Positions 10,069 to 20,000 of a stretch of DNA of 20,000 bases are shown one piece after another; position 1 is the stretch's first letter, and each line of letters starts with the position of its first letter. The DNA comes from Chiloscyllium plagiosum (lineage: Eukaryota). The translations under genes were made by a program, and so were the position numbers. Below the pieces are notes generated by a model that did not search any database, was not told where the DNA came from, and saw only the letters and a program-made list of their open reading frames with translations. The stretch spans positions 2,222,451 to 2,242,450 of the forward strand of contig NC_057751.1 in NCBI RefSeq assembly GCF_004010195.1, read 5' to 3'.

Positions 10069-10483
10069 TATGAGTGTTTGTTTGTGCTGTCGGGAGGGTT
10101 TAAACAAAAATGGCAGGGGAATGGGAACCTGAGCAGGGAGAGAGAGGATGGAGAAACAATGATAGAAACAAAAGACAGAAAGATAAGAAGCAAAAGTGGA
10201 AGACAAAAAATGATAAGGCCAAAAAACAAATGGGGCCATATTGCAAAACAAAAAAATACAAAGTACGGAAAAAAACGTATCAAGGTTTTGCTGGTGTGAG
10301 CGATTCCAATAAAATAGATGAACTTGCAATGCAAAAAGATTCAAATAGTTATGATACAGTTGTGATTACAGGGACATTGCTTTGGGGTTACCAAGGATGG
10401 GAAACTGAATATCCAGGGATGTTTTTTATTTAGGAAGAATGACAAAAAGGGAAAGGAGATTGGGTAGCATTGGGTAATAGACA

Positions 10484-10595
10484 AAAGTGAGTACTGTAGA
10501 TGCTGGAGATCAGAATCAAGATTAGAGTGGTGCTGGAAAAGCACAGCAGGTCAGGCAGCATCCGGGGAGCAGGAAAAAGCTCTTCACTAGGAATT
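10484..10595 (-). mobile_element. Copy of the 7804-type PLE element in reverse orientation, with the hammerhead core partly deleted
   Basis: Reverse complement reads attcctagtgaagagctttttcctgctccccggatgctgcctgacctgctgtgcttttccagcaccac..tgatctccagcatctacagtactcacttt, matching 7801-7925. It interrupts the CR1 endonuclease region. Confidence 0.85.
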
Positions 10596-11059
10596 GAGTA
10601 ACAGTTAAGAAGGATGATGGATCAGATGATGTGGAATTTGTATGGATGTAGGTAAGAAACTCTGGTACAGATTAAAGGAAGGCAATGAACAAAAAAATCA
10701 GAGATGAATGTGATCAGAGTACAACTGTAATCATGAGTGACATTCATTCACACAAAGATATGACAATCAAACTAACAACAGTACTGCGGAAGAGGATTTC
10801 CTAGATTGTGTATATGATGGTTTAATTAATAATCTTATTGTGAGGGGTCCTTGGGAAAGAATGACCATAGTATGGTAGAAATCTTTATTAAGCTAGAGAG
10901 TGAAACAGTTGAATCCAAAACTTAGGTCCTGAATGCAAAAAAAGGGAACTATGAGTGTATGAGGTATGAAGTGGCAAGGTTGGATTGGGAAATCATACTG
11001 AAGGGTTTGATTATGGATAGATAATGGTTTATATTTAAACAACAGCTGCATGAATTATG

Positions 11060-11215
11060 ATCCACCAATGCTTCCAATATTTCCAGGACCATTTCCATTA
11101 GTCCTCTGGGAAGTAGATTTCAGATCCTGGTGATATGCTAGCTTTCAACCTCTTTAATTTCCCCAACACTATTTTCTGATCAATACTGATTTCCTTCCAG
11201 TTTTCCCTCAACAAG
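11060..11215 (-). mobile_element. Inverted CR1 ORF2 fragment within the plus-strand CR1
   Basis: Reverse complement includes aaggaaatcagtatt..gtgttggggaaattaaagaggttgaaagc..accaggatctgaaatctacttcccagagg, homologous to 12568-12595 on the plus strand (pre-RT 'SPGPD' region). Confidence 0.7.
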
Positions 11216-11475
11216 AGGGCAAGAACAACAAGAACTATTTATTCCTGTCTGGCACAGAAGTAAAAAAAAAAATGGAAAGGAACACAAAGGAATTAGGGCA
11301 AGTATTAGATCCAAAGAGTAGACATATAAAATTGACAAAAGAAGCAAGCCTGAGGACTGGGAGCATTTCAGAATTAAGCAAAAGAGGGCAAAAAGTTTGA
11401 TCAAGTGAAGGAAACTAACGTATGAGAATAAAATTGTAGGGAGCACAGAAACTGACCATAAAAGCTTCTACAAAT

Positions 11476-12417
11476 TGTTGCACCAAGGAGACGGATAGCT
11501 GAACCAAATCAGCCTTTCCACTTCTATATTTGCAACACAGTAAAATTAATCCATTGAAGACTCCCAAATCGTCACTCCAATGGTTGCTTACCAGACTTAT
11601 TAATACCAATTCGGTCCTTTGAAGATAATTAAACTTCAGATGCTTGTTTTGTAACTTACACAAAAGATTTCATATGATACACAATAACTTTAGCAAAGAA
11701 AAAAATGGACAACTTGATTCATGTGTGTGCTTTACCTTGAAACATATATTTTCAGTCCCCTTTCATTCAAACACATTTAGGGATAATGTGGTCACGTTAT
11801 TTAAATTGCTTACACAATGTATTGTTTGACTGCAATTAATGTCAACTCATGGCTGCTTTTTTGAAATGTTGATCAGACTCACCCTCTCAGTTCACCTAAG
11901 TAAAAACAGCAATCATCGAATTCAGTTTTTTACTCTTTGGGCTTCCAGAAGCTGTGCATCAGACAAAGCAGGGAATGTTCAAATCTTCATATTCTCTCAG
12001 CAGCAACCTGGAACCATCTCCTTTGAAAACCATAGTTAAAAAAAAGTATAATTCTGGTTTTTCTTTGATAGGTTGATTGATTCTTCCCAAAGTTTCAATT
12101 GCCATTCAAGAACTGCCATTTGCTTGAAGACAGGGTGTCTTCCACACTTGCTCGAACCAACTGTCACATTTTAACCTCAATAACAGCTATCTGTTTCACA
12201 AAATCTCTTCCCAATGTCACTGTGTCTGTTAGAACATTTCAATCCAAGCTCAACCTTCAATTAGCTCCCAGGCCTCATAAACATAGAAAACATGTTTGAT
12301 CTGTCCTTTTCTTTTTTCCACAAGCTGCCCCAAAATCTACCCACCACTTCCTGCTCACAATTCAAAATTGATTAAAAAAAACAAAAATGATGAAAATAAT
12401 CATCGTGGGTTTTAACA
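11476..12417. mobile_element. Solo LTR (Gypsy/ERV-like), 942 bp
   Basis: TGTT...AACA termini and 4-bp TSD aaat (11472-11475 and 12418-12421). Removing it restores CR1 TTC TAC AAA TAT GTG AAG (FYKYVK). Homologous to the element at 15653. Confidence 0.8.
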
Positions 12418-14384
12418 AAATATGTGAAGAGGAGAAGATTAGTAAAGGCAGACGCAAATGTAAGTCTCTTACAGTCTGAAGCTACCAAAATTATAATGAG
12501 AAACCAAGAAATGGTCGAAGATTTGATTCTGTCTTCACAGAAGTGGGCACAAATAACTTCCCAATCACCAGGATCTGAAATCTGCATCCCAGAGGGCAAA
12601 TGGAAGTAGCCTGTAAATAATGGAAGCACTGGTGCATCATATTTCAAAATTCCATAGACTCAGAAAAAGTTTTCACACGTCGGAGGGTGACAGATGAAAC
12701 CCAATGATTGAAAAAGGGAGAGAAGAAACAAAATTACAGACCAGCTTGTCTGACATAAGTAGTGTGGAAAATACGAAGAGTGCATAATAAAAGATTTGAT
12801 AATTGAAGGTTTGGAAAGCATTCACAGGATTGGACAAAGTCAGCACACGTTGATAAAAAGTAAATCATGCTTAACAAATCAAATTGAATTTTCTGAGAAT
12901 ATAACTAGTAGACCAGATAAGGGAGAACCAGTGAATGAGGTGTCTTTGGATCTGCAGAAGACTTTTGACAATGTCCTTTATAACAGGTCAGTGACCAAAG
13001 TTAAAGCAAGTCAGATAGGGGTTAATATGTTGGCATGGAGTGAGGCATGGTTGACAGACAGGAAACACTGAGAAGTTATGGGTCATTTTTCCAAGTGGTA
13101 GGCATTATATATTGTGTATCACAAAGATCAGTGCTTGGTTTGCTGATTCCACAAAACTTGGTGAAATTGTGAGGAGAATGCAAGAAGGCTTCCAGGTGAT
13201 TTAGACAAGTTGAATGAATGGGTAAACATATGCCAGCTGCTGTACAATCTGGCTAAATGTAAAATTATTTGATGTGAAAACCAGATAGGCAGAGTATCAT
13301 TTCAATGATGACTAGGAAATGTAGATGTACAAAAGGATCTTGGCATCTTTGTACACCAGTTAAGAAAGTAGATGGGCACATGCAACAAATAATTACAAAG
13401 GAAAATGGTATAATGGCCTCCGTTGCCAGAGGATCTAAAGTCAAAAGGAGGAATCTACTATTGCACTATTGCCTTGGTAAAATCACACCTGGAGTACTGC
13501 GACCTAAGACAGGATGTACTTCCAACATAGAAAGGGCAATGGAGGCTCATCAGGCTGAGACTGAGGATGGTAGGATGCCATATGGGGAGAGATTGGTCCA
13601 ACTGGGGCTGTACTCACTGGACCTTAGAAGGATAAGAGGGGATCTGAGTGAAGTGAACAACATTCTAACAGGACTGGACAGATGAGATGCATGGAGAATG
13701 TCAGTGTGAAGACCAAAACAAGGGAACTATTTCAAGACAGAGGGTAGATCATTTGTATCTGTGAACCTAAGAATACTCTAACATAGAAGGCTATAGAAGT
13801 CGAGTCACTGAATATTTTCAAGACATGGGTAGATTTTTGATTTTAAAAGTGTTAAGAATATGGGAGAAAGTGAGAATTTGGCACTGAGACAGAGGATCAG
13901 CCAGATCATATGAAAAGAGGAGCAGGCTCACAGTTGCTGTTGCTCATAGTTTCTATGTTTCTGCTATTACACCAATGATTGCACTTTGATAGGTTGAATC
14001 TTCTAATGTTATTCCTATGATTCTTGTGGGTGAAGAGTTGCTTTCTGAATTCTCTTCCTTTGAAGGTGTCCATTCAGAGTGTAGGTCCAAAATGAGATGG
14101 CGCCTTCTGATAACACATTGTGTGTTTAAAGCCACTCTTGACTTGATTGATAAGCAAATGATTTTGCTGGTGCTAATGGATACTGAATCTGTGCTTGAAG
14201 GTAACTACTCAATTTGATGAAGAGCAAAATCCAACAGACAATCAACTGTAATTTCAGCACTGAAGATTTCTTTGAAACAAAGTTAGGGTATTTTGTACAC
14301 ATTGTCAAAGCGTCAATCCAGGAGATCCATCAAGCCAAAGTACAGCAAAACTACAGCAAAACACAAAAGAATTAAAAATTTCTG

Positions 14385-14935
14385 AACATTAGGAGATTAT
14401 GTCTTTCTTCCTTTAAGCCACCAATGAGAATGATCGTGGTTGATTCTGGGGTTCAACTCAACATTTCCAAATGCTCCCCATATTCCTTATTTTCCTGGGA
14501 GACCAAAAAATCTGTCCTTTCCAACCATCCAATTTTAAATGTATCCAACATATAAACACTAATTGATACCCTGTGGGGGAGAGAATTCCAAACATTCCCA
14601 AATTGATAAGTGAAGAGACATGTCCTTAGCTTTGCTCAAATTATTGTCCACTTATCTTGGGGTTATGCCCCTGTATGTTCAATTTCCCCAGCTGGGGGAA
14701 AAGCCTCAGGAAGTCTACTGAGTTTTAATGAGATCAACTTTCACTCTTCAAAGTTGAGAGAACATATACCAGATTACCTCAAGCCTCTGATCAAAGGGTA
14801 AACCTCTCAACTCAGGCACGAATTGAGTGTGCCTTCACTATATGATATTACATACAAGTATATTCTTCATTAAATAAAGAGAACAAAATTGTGCACTGTA
14901 CTGAAGGCTTGGTCTGATGACAATGTAATATGATT
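14385..14935 (-). mobile_element. Old CR1 3' fragment
   Basis: Antisense CR1 C-terminal motifs: ctccccatattcctt, ccctgtgggggagagaattcca (WNSLPHR), aaaattgtgcactgtact. Confidence 0.65.
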
Positions 14936-15036
14936 ATAAAGAATGTCTGGATTCAACTGAATGCCAATGGTAGAACTGGGAATGAGTTGCGAGTGTTGCA
15001 CAGAATGCAGATTGATGGCTGCAGGGCAGGAGGCAA

Positions 15037-15304
15037 GTCATAGAGTTATACGGCACGGAAACAGGCCCTTCGGTCCAACTCGTTCATGGTGACAAATCAA
15101 TCTTGTCCCATTTGCGAGTATTTGGTCCATAAAGCTTGAAACCCTTTGTACTCATGTACCCATCCAGATGCCTTTTCAACGTTGTAATTGTACCAGCCTC
15201 CTCCACTTCCTCTGACAGCTCATTCTTTACACGCTCCACCCTCTGCATGAAAAAGTCATCCCTCAGGTCCCTTTTACATCTTTTTCCTCTCATCTTACAC
15301 CTAC
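15037..15304 (-). mobile_element. 5'-truncated CR1 3' end
   Basis: Minus ORF 15084-15293 MRGKRCKRDLRDDFFMQRVERVKNELSEEVEEAGTITTLKRHLDGYM is homologous to 2087-2278; tail agtcatagag is the reverse complement of ctctatgact. Confidence 0.9.
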
Positions 15305-15652
15305 CCAGTTAATTTTTGTCTCTTTCCACAAATCTTCAAATATTGATATCTTTCTTCCTTCTCAGTCAGAAGATGGTTGGTTCAAGTTTCACTCTAAGCC
15401 TTGACTGCATCCTTTTACTCACAGAGTGATTAATAAAGCTTACAAAGGTGAAACTTGCACAGTAACAAAGATTACAGACATCTATGTGCCAATACATCTG
15501 CATGGAAATGCAAAGAAACTTCTGACATTTAAAAATAACACTTTGTTAGAATATTATGAATTAATTGGAGACAGCTGTTATATCATCTGAAACATGAACT
15601 GTTCTGCTCACATAGTAAGATTAGGTTTACCAAAGCTTTACCAAATACATAA

Positions 15653-16914
15653 CATTACAACATGGGGAGGGACAGCTGACCCAAATCAGCTTTTCTACTT
15701 CCGTATTCACAACACAATAAAATTAATAATCTTCAAAGACCCTCAAAATTGACAAAATTAATGGTCCCTAACCAGACTTTTGAATAACCAATGCCAGACT
15801 CTGTGAATAATCAATTTGCAACACCAAGTCTGTAGCTTAAACAAAGGACTGAGCAATTTCTTCACAATATAGCAACTTTAATAGAAAAAAATTAAACAAC
15901 AAAAATAAGGTAATTGGTCACTAAAATAAAACAAAGAACTGCACATGCTGGAGATCTGAAACAAAAAGAGAAACGGCTGCAAAACTAACAGATCTGGCAG
16001 CATCTGTGAGGAGAATGCAAAATTAACATTTTCAGCCCAGTAACTCTTAGTCAGCAGATGTGAAATATTAACTCCGTTTTCTCCACACAGATGCTGCCAG
16101 ATCTGCTGAGTTTCATCAGCAAGTTCTGAAACCTAATTGGTCCAAGCTGTAAACGCATAAACCTTTGTTTTCAGTACCATTCAAAGGAAAGACAAACACA
16201 TTTGATGAATAAATAAAAGAAAATAATAAAACTGGCAAGATTAATTAGCTGGTTTTCACAATGCGCTATTCCACAGCCGTAGATGTTGACTTCTTGGTTG
16301 TTTCCTGAAGTTACTGATCAGGGTCACCATTACAGTTCATTCAGGTAAGGGCAGTCATACTTCTAACTGAGTTTTATATTCTTCAATCTTCAAAGAACTA
16401 CTCACGGGAGGTTGGACAGGGAGCTTTCAAATCTCTATGCTGTAGCATCAACTACCAGATTCCTTTTGCCACAGAAAACACAGACTAAAACCCAAGTCAA
16501 ACTTAAATACACCCTGGCAGACTGACCGTCTCCCTGGCACACTGACCTTCTTCTCCATGAGGTCCCAGTTACCATTCAACATCAGCCATCTGTTTGAGCA
16601 TAAGGTCTTTTCCAGAATTGCTGGAACCAATTCCCAGGTATTGACCTCATTAATCGCCAATTTCTGCTATCTGTTAAAACATAGTGAGCTTTCCTGGTGA
16701 TGAAATGTCTGCAAAACCTTCGAATCAAGAGTCAATCTTTAATTAACTTCAGACGTGGCCTCACAAATAGACCAAAGCTTGTTTGGACTATTTTCCTTTT
16801 AACACACGCTGTTACCCAGAAGTCTTCTTTAATCCACAGTTAGTGTTTCACAGCTGCAAACCAAAACTAATGGAATAAAATAAAATTAATGAAAAATCAG
16901 CTAGGGTTTCAACA
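15653..16914. mobile_element. Second, diverged solo-LTR-like element with an internal PLE-type insertion
   Basis: 15666-15860 aligns by eye to 11487-11670 (gctga.ccaaatcagc.tt..acttc..tatt..caacaca.taaaattaat). Ends gggtttcaaca like the gggttttaaca of copy 1. Flanks ataa/acaa; left terminus decayed (catt). Confidence 0.6.
15920..16133. mobile_element. Inverted pair of PLE-type termini with a 9-bp flanking direct repeat
   Basis: Perfect 20-bp inverted repeat cagatctggcagcatctgtg (15989-16008) and cacagatgctgccagatctg (16086-16105); taattggtc at 15911-15919 and 16134-16142. Confidence 0.7.
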
Positions 16915-17224
16915 ACAAAGGCTTATATCTCAATGAAGCGTGTTCTTATTTTGAGTTAGGCATCCTATTTCTCCAGGTCCTGACCCGTGGAGACTGGACC
17001 AATCAGAACTATGGAGATGTTCCAACTGATTACAGGTGCACCTTGAGATTGCCAGATATTAGAAGAATTTGGATTTGGCATTGAACAGAATATGATGCCC
17101 CTAAAAAAAGACAGTAAATATTCCTTCTCCTAATCCTGAGGATCCAATGTGCTGGATTGAACACATCATGGTAACGCAACTGAGTTTCCAGAGAAAAGTA
17201 TTTTTGTTTATATGTATCATTTTT

Positions 17225-17400
17225 CATAACGTCACAATCTCCCAAAACAATTCACAGGCAATGAACTTATTTTTGAAACAAAATCACTGTTGTAATACAG
17301 AAAATATGGCAGCCAATTTAGATATAGCAGGCTGCCACCATAATGAGATAAAGACCAGAGACTATCTTTCTGATGATCTTATTTGAGGGATAGGTATTCT
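17225..17400 (-). mobile_element. Deu-domain SINE remnant, 3' part
   Basis: caatgaac..ttttgaa..tcactgttgtaatacagaaaatatggcagccaattt..aatgagataaagaccaga..ttgagggata matches my recollection of the antisense Deu domain and 3' region. Confidence 0.65.
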
Positions 17401-17447
17401 TCTCTCTAAGTTGTTATCTTGGGTGACCAGCTTTGGGGAGCAAGCAT

Positions 17448-18520
17448 ATTTTATGATTCAGTCGTGGAATGTGGGATAACTGACTGGGTCACCATTTATT
17501 GACCATCTTAATTGACTCTTTGAGGAGCTGCTGGTAAGCTGCCTTCTTGAACAACTGCATTTCACTTGCTGAAGGTAGACCTTCAGTGCCATTAGAAAGA
17601 GAGTTCCAGTGTACTGGCATGGTGGCACTGAAAGAACGTTGAAACGTGTCCAAGTGAGTGGCTTGGAGGATCACTTGCTGGTGGAGATGTTCCCACATAT
17701 TTGATACCCATGTCCTTCTAGGTGGAAGTGGTTGTGGGGTTAGAAGAGGTTCCCTCAGGAGCCTTAGTGAATTTCTACAATGAATCTTGTAGATGGTACT
17801 CAATGCTATTACTGAGTGTTGGTGATGGAAGGAGTGAATGTTTATGGATGTGGTACCCATCAAGCAGACTGCTTTGTCCTGAATGCGGTTGAGTTTCTTG
17901 AGTATTGTTAGACTTACACACACCCAGGCAAGTGGGAGCATTCCGTCACACTCCTAACTTGTTCCTCATAGATGGTGAACAGGCATTAGGGAAATCAGGT
18001 AGTGAGTTACTTGCTGTAGGATTCCTGGCCTCTGACCTGCTCAACACAACTGTATTTATATGGTGAGTCCAATTCAGTTTCTGGTCAATGGTATCCCCCA
18101 GGATGTTAATAGAGGGAGATTAAATAGAGGGAGACTGCCATTAAATATCAAAGGACAATGGTTACATTCTCTCCTGTTGCAGACGGTCAATGCACTTGTG
18201 TGGCATGAATATTAACTGCTACTTGTTCATCCAAGCCTGGGTATTGCCCACATCTTGCTGCATCTGAAGGTGAAATGCTTCAGTATTGGAGGAAACATGA
18301 ATCATGCCAAACATTATGCAATCATCAACAAACATCCTCACTTCTGACCTTAATGATGGAGTGAAAATCATTGATGAAGTAATTGAGGATGATTATGCCA
18401 AGGACAGTCTTCTAAGGATCTGCCGCAGTGATGTCCTGGAGCTAAGATGACTGACCTCCATGCAGCACAACTGCCTTCCTCTGTGCCAGATATCACTCTA
18501 ATCAGCAAAAAATTTCCCAT
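17448..18520 (-). mobile_element. CR1/L2-group LINE, 5'-truncated (late RT to 3' tail)
   Basis: Minus-strand MFVDDCIMF (FADD motif, ~18310-18336). ORF 17489-17941 PLAW..LKKLNRIQDKAVCLMG..IHSFHHQHSV..IYKIHC..WNSLS..FKKAAYQQL. Tail homologous to 6690-6740. Confidence 0.9.
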
Positions 18521-18524
18521 AGTT

Positions 18525-18660
18525 GAACACCTCACTTGACATCTCACATGACAAGGCACCTCAGAAAGTGCAACAGTCCCTCAGTAGTGTTTTGACATTA
18601 AGTGCCCATATTTTAAGTTCCAATCTGTTGTAGAAATTCAATCACAGCTTTCTGACTTTC
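18525..18660 (-). mobile_element. Deu-domain SINE remnant, 5' part
   Basis: ggcacctcagaaagtgcaacagtccctcagta ... tcacagctttctgact is the antisense of the SINE head region seen at 8370-8420 and 15360-15405. Confidence 0.55.
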
Positions 18661-19044
18661 TGTGGATACAGAAATAAATGATGTCTGAATTCATTAGTTT
18701 CCCCTTGAGACAACTGGTAGTCAGGTAGATAGATTTTTTTGTGTGATCACAGTTCTCAGACAAAAGAAAGTAAAAGCTTAACAAACACGTTGACCTACTT
18801 GAGAAACTAACTTGATTTACATATCAAAAGCAAGTTGTGTGACCTTATCACTCGTTTTAAAGTCTTCCCCTGTTTGCATTCAAGGTCAGTAATTTCTTTA
18901 GGGAATCAAACAATTTTGTACATGTAAATGTGAGAGAAAGTCTTCACGGACGAAGGAAGCTGAATAATTCTAAACTGTGTCATATAGTTATCTGAAACCC
19001 TTTTTTAAAGCAATTGATAGGCTGTTAATGTTTGGAATTATTTT

Positions 19045-19222
19045 TATTCAGTCAGTGTTGAAAATATTCAGGGCTGGGTTTGTCAAATCTTTGATTGATA
19101 ACTGAGTCTAGGATAATTGGCACTAGCCAAGAAAGTGGATTTGAGCCACAAATGAGATCAGAAATGATCTTACGAGTGGTAGAGAAGGTTTGATGCATTG
19201 AATAGGCTATTCCTGTTCTTTT
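19045..19222 (+). mobile_element. Old CR1 3' end fragment
   Basis: cagtcagtgttgaaaatattcagggctgggtt..agatcagaaatgatctt..gaataggctattcctgttc resembles 13800-13950. Confidence 0.55.
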
Positions 19223-19508
19223 TTTACAACAACTGACCACTGGATGGAATAGTAGAAGAGAGAAAGCATGTCTCAGAACTGTGTTTCGCTTGTGCATGAC
19301 AAATTCATTGAAGATTATCTTGATTTGTTGTTGCAGGGTACTGGACCAAAGTTCAACACTTCTAAAGAACAGTCTCTCTGTCTGCCTGAGGTACATTTCA
19401 AATTTGATATGAGCTTTATACAAGACAAATTCTCCTTTGAGCAGGAAAGTGCAATGAGATTGTTTGGAACAGGATAAGTCTCAAAGGGTTTGACATGAAA
19501 TGCTTTAC

Positions 19509-19628
19509 CTTCAGCCCAAGAGCCATTTTCAGCATTAAGTCAAAGCACCTTGCCCACCCAGCTTCCAATAGAAGCAATGCAGAGTTCCTTTCAACTGCCA
19601 GGTTTGATTGCGACTGCTGTGGCCCAGA
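19509..19628 (-). other. Candidate 120-nt internal coding exon (unverified)
   Basis: Acceptor gctgttttatttcaactgaatag, donor AAG|GTAAAG. Only frame 0 is open: SGPQQSQSNLAVERNSALLLLEAGWARCFDLMLKMALGLK. No family recognised. Confidence 0.25.
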
Positions 19629-19730
19629 CTATTCAGTTGAAATAAAACAGCAATAAGGTGTATTTCCACAGTATCCTTCATGTAGTGAAATATTCCAGGA
19701 TGGTTCACAGAAGCATAACCATGTAAATTT

Positions 19731-20000
19731 GTCAATGAACCAGGCCAGGTGTTAGAATTAGAGGTAGGTGAGCACTTTGGGGACAGTGACCACAATTCGG
19801 TGACTTTTACTCTAGTGATGGAGAGGGATAAGTGTGCACTACAGGGCAAGAGTTATAGATGGGGGCAGGGAAATTATGATGCTGTGAGGCATGACTTAGG
19901 ATGTGTGGCTTGGAAAAGTAAGCTTCAAGGCAAGGGCATAATTGATATGTGGAGCTTGTTCAAGGAGCAACTATTGAGTATCCTTGATAAGTATGTACCC
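19731..20000 (+). mobile_element. CR1 ORF2 fragment (end of APE endonuclease), continuing beyond the window
   Basis: NEPGQVLELEVGEHFGDSDHNSVTFTLVME..YRWGQGNYDAVRHDL; SDH catalytic motif; homologous to 150-400. Confidence 0.9.

Larger units (their letters stand above)
9050..13962 (+). mobile_element. Near full-length decayed CR1 LINE (ORF1 SGNH-esterase, ORF2 endonuclease and RT, 3' tail), interrupted by nested insertions
   Basis: ORF1 GDSIVRG (9335-9355), then RFCGHKRDSRMVCYLSGVRVKDVFERL. Endonuclease N-terminus NKIDEL..YDTVVITGT (~10310-10380). FYKYVK split by the solo LTR. RT region QH..KSCLTNQIEFSE..VSLDLQKTFDNV (12796-13071). C-terminal LGLYSLDLRRIRGDL (~13600-13650). Tail ttctatgtttct at ~13951-13962. 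Confidence 0.85.

Noticed and set aside
10044..10433. Lys-rich and Phe-rich ORFs
   Set aside because: Caused by the A-rich CR1 inter-ORF region; low complexity.
11476..16914. A full LTR retrotransposon bounded by the two LTR-like copies
   Set aside because: The interior is CR1 and other sequence with no gag/pol, the first copy has its own TSD, and the copies are strongly diverged.
16960..17120. Exon-like signals (plus acceptor tttctccag at ~16976; minus acceptor tttttttag at ~17102)
   Set aside because: Short frames, weak donors, conflicting strands and no recognisable peptide.
1..20000. CRISPR array, prokaryotic operon or defence system, rRNA/tRNA genes, endogenous viral ORFs
   Set aside because: I saw no regularly spaced repeats, long ORFs or recognisable RNA genes; the content is vertebrate TE-rich DNA.

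Overview
Repeat-dense vertebrate genomic DNA (intronic or intergenic). The repeat families resemble those of a cartilaginous fish (shark); this is my inference. Most of the window is decayed transposable elements: several CR1-clade LINE copies (one near full-length at about 9050-13962 with four nested insertions), a second CR1/L2-group LINE family, L2 fragments, Deu-domain SINE remnants, a TA-flanked Tigger/pogo-type MITE and two related solo-LTR-like elements. There is no intact protein-coding gene, only a few weak candidate exons on the minus strand. The most interesting signal is six short Penelope-like-element (PLE)-type remnants carrying intact or decayed minimal hammerhead ribozyme cores (CUGANGA-stem-GAAA). 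Some have their own target-site duplications, and one sits next to a hairpin with 44-bp arms.
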